NCBI GenBank assembly: GCA_012295275.1
Contig: CM022668.1
Coordinates: forward strand, 11,036,001-11,100,000
DNA: 64,000 nucleotides
Direction of reading: 5' to 3'
From: Chrysomallon squamiferum
Lineage: Eukaryota; Animalia; Mollusca
Shown here: piece after piece, positions 1-11,126 of the stretch
Numbering within the stretch: position 1 is the stretch's first letter
Layout of the letters: the number at the start of each line of letters is the position of its first letter
Made by a program: the position numbers and the translations under genes
Notes under the pieces: generated by a model
The model's database searches: none
What the model was told of the DNA's origin: nothing
Seen by the model: the letters and a program-made list of their open reading frames with translations, nothing else

Positions 1-90
1 ATAAATAAAATCAGCAGTGTGTATTAACAGATATCACAGTATGCAGATTGCTTTCCACAGAGATAATAGAATTTTAGAATTTCTTCTATG

Positions 91-290
91 NNNNNNNNNN
101 NNNNNNNNNNNNNNNNNNNNNNNNNNNNNNNNNNNNNNNNNNNNNNNNNNNNNNNNNNNNNNNNNNNNNNNNNNNNNNNNNNNNNNNNNNNNNNNNNNNN
201 NNNNNNNNNNNNNNNNNNNNNNNNNNNNNNNNNNNNNNNNNNNNNNNNNNNNNNNNNNNNNNNNNNNNNNNNNNNNNNNNNNNNNNNNNN
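91..290. other. Assembly gap (200 N)
   Basis: Run of exactly 200 N; flanked on both sides by copies of the same local repeat in opposite orientation. Confidence 0.99.
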
Positions 291-919
291 GATAATCTAG
301 ACTGTTTTAATAATGCACATAAAACTGATAGATGCTAATACATTTACAACATAATTTTATTAAAGTATACAAGAGAATAGTTTCAAATTTATTTTGAAAT
401 ATTTTTACTCTACTGTGCACCAGTCTTCTGAAATAAATTCTGATCAGAAAACAAATATTGATTAAAACAATTAACATTTAGCAGCTCTCTCTTCTTTATT
501 TCAATATACATAATTTGATTATCTCTGCAGAAAGCAATCTGCATACTGCGATATACATTAACACACATTGTACACATAGTAAGATATCCGCTCAAGTTAT
601 TAATTTCGTGTTTAAATGACTGATGTATTAAATCAATTCACACTTGAGGAAAATAAAATCAGTGTATATAAACGTTTGCTCTGTTTTACTATATAATTAG
701 TTTGATAGTTGTAACAGGTGTTTTGTGAAACGCTGATGTCAGACATTGCAGTGCGTTGGACACAGTTAATTATAAATGTTTTCCAGATCTGATGAAATCA
801 AAACCGACTGCGACCAGTGTATTTCATACACAAAAAGTAGACTGAAATAGTTAATACTCGTTAAAATAACAACAACAATAGCAATAAAAATAACAATAGT
901 AATAACCACGACTAAATAA

Positions 920-952
<33 letters not shown>

Positions 953-3880
953 GATAATAGTAATAGTAATAATAATAGTGATCACTATGACTAAATCAAT
1001 AAAATAATAATATTAATAATAATAACAAGAATATAATCAGTAATAGTAATCAGAGTCTTATTTTTTGTTTATTTAATTTTTCGTTTTATTTTTTTCTTTT
1101 TTTTCTTAATTTAGGTAATACTACTACAACTACTACTTTCTGTTTTATATTAATAATTTTTGTCTTAAAAGACCTATTTTTGAAACGACAGTTTTAATGT
1201 CAAATCTCATCTACTGACGTACCTGTTCTAAATATCAATTAACTTAAAAGAAAAGATAAAATTTCCTCTGAAAGATATTAAAATTATTTTCGTGTTTATT
1301 GATTTTTATTTTAAAAAGTCAGTGGATCGCTGTGTACTGCTCTTTTGTCACGCTGAGTTTATCAGACGATGAAAAAACACGTGTTTGTGTTATGTGATTG
1401 TAATACAAATAATAAGTTCTCTTCAGTCTGATTAAATTATTTATTAAAATGTTTTTTGTTCTTTTTTTCAGCTGGACACTATTATAAAATAAGAATAATA
1501 ATAATAATAATTTATTTTATTCTTGTTTAGTTTAGTTTTTCCTTTGTTTATTTGTTTGTAGACGTCTATGTTTGTTTCGTTCGTATAGGTGAGTTTTGGC
1601 GTAATTATTGATGTTGTTGCTGTGTTGTTGTTGTTTTTTCTATTTTGATTACTTTTTAAAAGAAATGTTTACGTTCGTTCAGAAATGTACTATTCCCTTA
1701 GTTATCACTTAAAACACTAAGATTAACTAAATGTGCCGTACTGCAGTGTTTCTCAGAACAGAATAAAAATTATTAAACTTATAAATCACATGAATGAACT
1801 ATATGTTAAGTAAATGTTAACTATTATTACTGAATGCAATATAAATAACATTGATTAAAAATGATAATATATAGTAATAATAACTTCTATTATTACAATT
1901 TCATTTTTATTTTTTTATTTTGAGAAAGACGTCATTACTATTATTATAAAATTGTGCTGTTACTACTGCTAGTATTATAATTTTCTATTTCGTTTGATTA
2001 ATTTCTTTATTAAAATGAATATTTTCACTAGCAGAGATTTAATGTCAAATCTTCAGAGAATGACACATATAATTTCACCTTTGTTCATTTCAATCCTGAA
2101 AATCAAGTTAAACACAGAGAACATCTGTTCTATCACACTGAGTTTCAACTCTGATAACACAGTAATTTTCTTTAGATACGAACATTGAACATTTATTCTT
2201 CTGAGATAAACGAAAGCCAGCTGTTAATAAAAAACTGACTTTAACAATATTTCTTTTATGTTTTTGTTTAAAAGTAACAGTGTACTTTAAGGTGTCAACA
2301 TTTCTATTTGTCACAAAGTTTGCTGTAATGTGTTTAGTTCACACAGAATATAAACTCCTTATTTTCTACATCTCTATATTGAATATCTGATTCCTATACT
2401 ACTACTACTACTTCTTATAATAAAAATAACAGTAACAACAATAATAGTAATAATAAAGAAAGAAAGACAGAACTAAATAAACAAACAAACAAACAAATAA
2501 TATTCGAATATTTACAAATATCTACATATTTATTTGGCACCACTGTTTTTCTGTGAGTAATGGCCGTTGTGCATTAACGTAGGGTTTAATTTATACGCGT
2601 ATCTTTATATTTAATTCCACTCCAGCTGTGATTATCTTTCTTAGCATTCATTTTACTTGATAGGAAAGAGAAACCGCTCACAAGACAAGACGAGTAGTAA
2701 CCAGATTTAATTACAAGATACAACACGTGTGATAACGAAACTACGTACACACATATATGCAGATATACATAGATACATAGATACGTATTCACATATATAT
2801 ATATGCATATATGTATATTTATATTGAAATATGAATAGCTTGACAAAAAAATAGATAGTGATGCACTCATATACATACATTCAGTTACACACTTAGAAAA
2901 AAACAGACCGACACATACCTTCATACATATTCTCATAAAATGACATAGATAAAAAAACATATCAAGCATACATACATACACAGACTAACACATATATACC
3001 CACATATTTACATACTTTAATATGTACATGCTCGTATACATATTCACACATGCATATACACCTGTGTACATCAACCCACACACATGCACTCAGATTTCGC
3101 TTACAAAAGAGGTGAATATTTAATTATTCTTTGTCTGTGTTACACGATATAGGAGAATAATACTTGTCTTGCAATTTCGTCCTCCGACTTGTCTCCTTCA
3201 GATAAGCTAGATGTTTTTAATATGCATACATATTCTGATAGATGTTAATATACTTTTATTAAAGTATACAAGAGAATAGTTTCAATTTATTTTGAAATAT
3301 TTTCACACTAATGTAGACCAGTCTTCTGAAATGAATTTTGATCTGAAAACAAATATTGATAAAAACAATTAACATTTAGCAGCTGCCTCTTGTTTACTTC
3401 AATATACATAATTTGATTATCTCTGCAGAAAGCAATCTGCATACTGCGATATATATTAACACACACTGTGCACATAGTAAGATATCCGCTCAAGTTATTA
3501 ATTTCGTGTTTAAATGACTGATGTTTTAAATCAGTTCACACTTGAGGAAAATAAAATCAGTGTAATAAACATTTGCTCTGTTTTTGTATGCAATTAATTT
3601 GATAGTTGTAACAGGTGTTTTGTGAAACGCTGATGTCAGACATTGCAGTGCGTTGGACACAGTTAATTATAAATGTCTTTCAGATCTGATGAAATCAAAA
3701 CCGACAGCTACCAGTGTATTTCATACACAAAGTATACTGAGATAGTTAATACTGGTAATAATAACAACAACAATAGCAATAAAAATAATAATAGTAATAA
3801 TTTTCTAAATAAAATAATAATTATAATAATAGTAATAATAATAGTAATAACTATGACTAAATAAATAAATTAATTAATTA

Positions 3881-3924
<44 letters not shown>

Positions 3925-4054
3925 TAATAATAATATCAGTAATCGTAATGAAAGTTTAAATAATGTTTTCTTTCTTCTTATTTCTTTTCTTTTATTTTAT
4001 TTTTCGTTTCATTTTTATTTTTATTTTTTTTCTTAATTTTGGTACTTTTCTTAA

Positions 4055-6900
4055 ACCAGACACTTTTGTAGAAATGTTTCAGAGCATCCTAATACAAAGG
4101 AAGGTGTTTTAAAATGTTTCATAGATCGCATATCTGAAGCAAACTGGAACATAACACGAACACATACTCAGAATATTTAAATATTTACGATATGCAATTG
4201 TGTACTTCCTTTGAAAGTTTTTCTTCCCTGGTAACGGTACGTGCAATACTAATAGAATTAATCTTATAATACAATAATATGTTTATTATTTTCGACAAAT
4301 CTAGATGAAACTGATTAGAAAAAATGATTAAAGCTATTTTAAGAATGTAAATAAAAATAAAATTACTCTGACATTCTTATAAATCAGACTAAAAAAAAAG
4401 CAGCTTTCACAAATTGAGAAAATCACATCTTAGGCACATACAAATAAGTGCCTGGTAAAATGTATCAAGTTAGCAAAACTGGACAATGTAAAGATCTGCA
4501 CAATAGTCTAATACGTCAACTCTGGAGAGTAATTTCTCATATGCCGTATCAGATGCTCTCCTTCTCCTACAGGCTCAAGAAAACAAAAAGCAAGACAGAC
4601 TTCCAGAACATCAACATCCTATTGGAATCCCCTGCGGAACAACAGAACCAACAGCAGCTAAAGGAGACTACCTGGATAACTACAAGAACTCTCCATTAGA
4701 AGCAGTATGGCACAAGAACTGATCTACAGATTACAGTACCTTTCTCCACTGGCCTTCATGTGTAGCAAAAAGGGAACGAAAAAAAAAGAAAAAATCAAAT
4801 GGAAGTATATATGTATCTGATTATCACTATAGTAAAAAAAAAAAAAAAAAAAATGCAAACAAAGAAGAGACTGAAGTACTGTCAAAACAAACCAAAAAAA
4901 ATAATAACATCTATGAAACGAAAACGAAGATCGAATATTAAATGTATTTTTATTTTTAAGATATTGGCCCGATTAACGATTTTCAGTTGCTTCAGCAGAA
5001 ATGTAAAACATTTCTGAGATGGCCACACCTGAAACAACAAAACGATGAAAAATGTGACATCAGTAAAATAGAGACAAAAAAAAAGTATTTCAAATAAGAG
5101 AATTTTATATTTTTTCAGTTTTAATGAAAAAAATTAACACGTGATTAAAAAAGAAAAGAATTGATAAAAATGTAATTATCTTACCAATATTTTCTTATAT
5201 GATATATGTTGTTTAAATAATATATTAATTTTATATTTTATGTAAAGTAATAAATACCTGATCAAAAGTATTTTAATAGTAATAAAAGTTTAAATAATGT
5301 TTTCTTTTTCTTATTTTTTTTCACTTTTCTTTTACCCTTTTTTATTATCATTTTTGTTTTATTTTATTTTTCGTTTAATTTTTTTATTATCATTAATACT
5401 TTTGAGTAGGAGAGAAGTGATTACTACTTCTACTACTACTGCAACTACTACTTTCTATTTTATATGATTAATTTACGTATTAAAATAGCTACTTTTGAAA
5501 CGACAGATTTAATGTCAAATCTCAGCTACTGACGTACCTGTTCTAAATATCAAATCACATAAAAGAAAAGAGAACATTTTCCTATGAAAGATTTTAAAAT
5601 TATTTTCGTATTCATTCATTTTTATTTAAAAAAGTCAGTGAATCCCTTTGTATAGCTGTTTTGTCACGCTGAGTTTATCAGACAATAAAAAAAGATACGT
5701 GTTTGTGTTATGTGATTATAATACAAATAATACTTTCTCTTTCCTCTGATTAATTTATCTATTAACCTTTTTTTTTCAGTAGGACACTTTTATAAATTAA
5801 AAATACTACTACTAATAATAATTTATTTTATTTTTGTTTTTCCTTTAGTTTGTTTTTCCTCTGTAGATGTATATGTTTGTTTCGTTCGTATAGGTGAGTT
5901 TTGGCGTAATTATTGATGTTGTTGCTGTGTTTTTGTTTTTCTATTTTGATTACTTTTTAAAAGAAATGTTTACGTTCGTTCACATGCGTACTATTACCTT
6001 CATTATCACTTAAAACACTAAGATTAACTCTATGTGCTGTACTGTAGTGTTTCTCAGAACAGAATGGAAATTATTAAAGTTATAAACCACATGAATGAAC
6101 TACATGTTAAGTAAATGGTAACTATTATTATTGAATGCAAAATAAATAACACTGTTTAAAAATGATAATATATAGTAATAATAACTTTTATTTTTACAAT
6201 TTCATTGTTTTATTTATTTATTTTTTTTGAGAAAGACGTCATTACGATTATTATAAAATTGTGCTGTTACAACTACTACTACTATAATTTTCCATTTCTT
6301 GTGATTAATTTGTTTATTAAAATGAATATTTTCACTAGTAGAGATTTAATGTCAAATCTTCAGAGAATGACAGAGATAATTTCACCCTTGTTCATTTCAG
6401 TTTTGAAAAATAAATTAAATACTGTGAATATCTGTTCTGTCACACTGAGCTTCAACTCTGATAACACAGTAATGTTCTATACATAGAAACATTGAACATT
6501 TATTCTTCTGAGATAAACGAAAGCCAGCTGTTAATAAAAACTGAGTTTAACAATATTTGTTTTATCTTTTGTTTTCATTCAGTGATGGTAATTGCTTTTG
6601 CTGACATCTGTGAGGCTGAGATTGGAAAATAAATCAAACACTGCGCACAGCTGTTTTAATCCCTTGAGTTTAAACTCTGATAAGAGATGACTTATATTTT
6701 ATGTTCGGTGAACCTAATCTGAAAATTGGGTTTGCTGTTGGAGGACAAATATTACAACCGATTTTCATCCCTGACATGAATGAAATCAAAGAATAACTTT
6801 TATTAAGCCATATACATTTTTAAAATCATTTTCAGGAATACTTATAACAATAAAATAGATATCTAAATAGATAGACAGATAGATAGTTTCAGTTACTTAT
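4055..6900. repeat. Direct copy of ~55565-58700 with the terminal exon deleted; partial third copy at ~1110-2270
   Basis: Colinear match including the LINE fragment (4440-4770 vs 55960-56260) and the recurring ...SRDLMSNLQRMT... spurious ORF; the exon at 56721-56848 is absent at ~5260-5280. Confidence 0.85.
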
Positions 6901-8386
6901 AAAAAGTAGCTTATTAATATCCAATAATAATTTTGTTTCACTGTTATATTTAAACAGCAGTAAAACATTCTTTATTTAATTAATTGTTTAATTGTTATAT
7001 TTAAAGACCAGCAAAGCACTGCTGGTTATGGAACTGTTTTAGATTAATCAGTAAGATTTTGTTTTATTTAAATATAGTGTGCTTTCTCTTCTTTCATTGT
7101 TTTATTCAGAATTTAGTAATAATTACTTTATTCGTTTTATTATTCCTTAGTAATATATATTTGATGTTACGTATACACTTATTCATATTTAGATGCATAC
7201 ATACATACATATATACCTACATATATAAATACATACCTACATACATACATACTTATATACATATATGATTACATACATATGTATGGCTTATGTTATTCCG
7301 TTGTTTTACTCAGAATTTAGTAACAATTAATTTATTTATTTTATTGTGTTATTTAAACAGCCGTAGATATATTGTGTTTTGTCTTATTGTTTTATTAAAA
7401 CGTGAGTACGATTTGGTTAGGTTTATTTGAAAAGAATAGAACTACGTTCATGTCTATTTTTGATTTGTTTTAGGACTAAAGCTTCTTTTACTTGTTTTGT
7501 CGTTTATATTGAAACTTTCAGAACACTCTTTATTCTAAAAAGGAAGTGGGATTATTTGTATTTTTTTTAAACATTAATAAGACTTGGTTTATCTATGTTA
7601 CTGTTATTATTTAGTTAGTGTTGGTTTATCTGATATATCTTATTTTTTATTTTTTTAAAATTTTTTTTGAGAAGTGAGGGAACTTTTAAACCTTAATGAT
7701 TTGAATTACATTTTACATACATGATGTTTATGAACGACAGTGTGTGAATGGTGGAACTACTAACGCATTATTTTGTACACGTATTTGGCAACCACGTTGG
7801 GAAGAACTATGAAGAGAGGAAATATCAGTAATTTTAATTCTTAATAACTTTAAGTTTAACGGTTTTTATGCTATTAAAAACACAGACAAATACATATATA
7901 CACACAATATACTCATCAAAATGAAGTGCAAGACACAAGAAGGTATAAGTTCATGTACGTATTTAACTATCACACTTAAAACGAAACACTCTGTTCATAC
8001 AATGTTGTTTGTTTGTATGTGTGTTTAACAACACGACACAATGATTAAAACTGGATGTTGTCTATGATTTAAACGGATATTAGATATACGAATGCAGAAC
8101 TTTGGTCATTTAAAATATATTTTCATTCATGGAACTAAAAAAAAAAGTATTTTTTTTTTCATACAACCTTTTGGTTATAGCAGGGACAGCCAGCATGCAC
8201 TCCACCCGTTTCCAAGCCCAGCCTCACCGCTTTCAGTATATCTCTAGTTTCTGAAAGCAATCACCATCACTGACGAATACAACAACACAGCAACAACAAC
8301 AATAATGATTCACACCATGGAAAGTGTACTGTTGTTCTTTGTTGTGATTGTTGTAGTTGTTGTAGTTGTTGTTGTTGTTGTTGTTG

Positions 8387-8433
<47 letters not shown>

Positions 8434-8982
8434 GTTATTATTTATTTATTAATTACTTAATTGATTAATTATTAGACGACCCTACTGAAAATAATGTTTT
8501 TGATAAATAAATTAATCGGACGAAATAGAAAGTATTATTGTTTGCTCTTTCTATGTATTACTGATATTAGAATCACAGGGCACAAATGTGTGTCTTTTCA
8601 TCGTCAGTTAAACTCAGCATGACAGAACAGCTGTACACATTGGTTCACTGACTTTTTTAAATGAAAATCAATCAATATGAAATTAATCTCAAAGTCTGTC
8701 ATAGTAAAATTGTATCTTTTATTCTAAATTAATTGATACGTAGAACAGAGCCATCAGTAGCTGAGATTTGCATTAAATCTCTTCTTAAAAATAGCTCTTT
8801 TAATAAATAAATTAATCATTTAAAATAGAGAGTAGTAGTAGTAGTAGTAGCAGTAATTTCGCTCTCAAAAAAAAAATTAAAAGAAAATAATAACATTAAT
8901 AATAAAACAATTGAAAAGGGAAAAAAGAAAAAGATAAATTCATTAAATTTCATTATTAGTATTATTAATATTATTATTATTA

Positions 8983-9067
<85 letters not shown>

Positions 9068-9525
9068 GTTATCATTATTGCTGTTTTGGCTTTTGCTATT
9101 GTTATTATTATTATTATAGTTATTACACCTTTTATATACATCCATCCCTTCATTCATAAATATATGTAAGAACAAGAACATTTGAATGCATTCTTACATA
9201 CGTTTATACACACATACAAATACATGTACAGACATATACAAACAGAAACGTACATACAATACACACATATGCATACACGCATACATATCTATATACATAA
9301 ATTCATATATATATATATTCATACATACACACCTGGATAAAAACGCAGACCCATATTAATAAATAGATAAGTGTCTCTGTGTATTTAAATTTGACACTTG
9401 AACAACCAGTCATATTTCAGTTTTCATAAGCTCCTTGAAAATAGGCAAAAACAAATTGTTTGATTGACATTTAAAATCTCCTTAAATAACGCAGTCTGAT
9501 GTTTACGATTTTATTTACAATAACC

Positions 9526-11067
9526 ATGAATCAGAAGGACATTGTATTAAACATTTTCTTGGTGGGATGTTTCCTTCTGGTGTCGTCTGCGATGGAAAGA
9601 GTCTCCAGCAGTAAGATTTCATTTTCCTTTTACTTCTCTTTAAACAGCAGAAAGATTAGTTGCTGTTGTTTGGGGGGAGGGTGGTTTTTTTTTTTTTTTT
9701 TTTTTTTTTTCATTCTTTTAGAAATGTTAAATGATTTTGTTTATTAGTTTTATTTAAACACAGTAAGATCTTATTTTTCTTGCTGTTTATCTTTAAGCAG
9801 AATAAACTATTTATTTGTTTTAGTATTTTGTTTAGAAAAATGTAAAGCATTGTTGATTTGTTCTCATATTTTCTTTACACAGTAAAGCATTGTTTATTTG
9901 CTTGTTTTTATACTCTGTGTCTTTCCAGCTATACCTGGTTGTGAGTACATCGTTATTCCAGGCAGATATGGAGATGACTTCTATCTAAAAATTACAGGGT
10001 ACCATACACTTGAAGATTGTAGAAGGTTGTGTGACACACAAAACGGATACAATAATAAACCGTGTACTGCAGTAGAACATCTTGGCACCTACTGTTATTT
10101 GTATTCTTCCGTTTTCCCTTTCAGCTATTACTATTTTTCAACAATGTACATAAAATCCTGCAAAGACGGTAAGAAAATGTGTTGTTAAATATTCATTCAA
10201 GATTAGATGGTAATTTATGTCTTCTATTGATTTTTTTTCTGTTAAGAACAGAAGCTGCAAAAGTGCTACAAGAATTATAAAATATACTAACAATCTGCAT
10301 TTGGTTGTTGTTCCAACCAGTGATGCTTGACATGTTAATCAGATGAGAGAATAGTTAATATATGATTACTTTCTCCGGTTATCATTTAGCACTCCTTGTG
10401 TTTATTTTAATAAATCTACCTTTATTTTAGATATTTTAGAATTAAAATAAGAAAGATTTCTCTTTGTAGGCAAGGAACATTATTTTTCCTAAGGAAAATT
10501 TGTTTTGTTTTCTTTAAACAGTTTTTATAATCTGTCACAGGTACATGTGGATTACCATGTGCAAACGGCGCCACTGTAAACTTTGATGACTGTACTTGTT
10601 CTTGTTTGAATAACTGGGAAGACACTCTTTGTGGTAAGTTATTTCTTATTTGGTAACGTATTTGAATGAATGATAACTGTTCAGTGTAAAACGTCAAATA
10701 AACAAATGAATTCAGCATGCAGCGCAAAATGAGAATTAGGAAAAATTGATAAACTATTAGTAAACATTCAGAAGGTGACTAATGGAAAAGGAGAATCTGG
10801 TAAGACTCCATTACAAACTTTTCATTTTAAATTAGCAACTTTTTGGGATGTCCCTGAACATCATAACTACATAGGATCACAAAAAGTAAGGAATCATAAT
10901 TTACCTTGCTATAACATTTCAATGCTTATTAGCCAAGATGAAAACGTATTCCTTTCTAATGATATATCAGGTACGTGTGGATTTCCGTCTAAAAACGGTG
11001 CAATTCTAGTATGCAGGACTGTATTTGTTCTTGTATGGAAGGTGGGAAGGAATTGCCTTTCGTACGT

Positions 11068-11126
<59 letters not shown>

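Noticed and set aside
1994-2188. Recurring ORF ...SRDLMSNLQRMT... (also 6205, 57958)
   Set aside because: Copies have different starts and ends and lie in duplicated intron-derived sequence.
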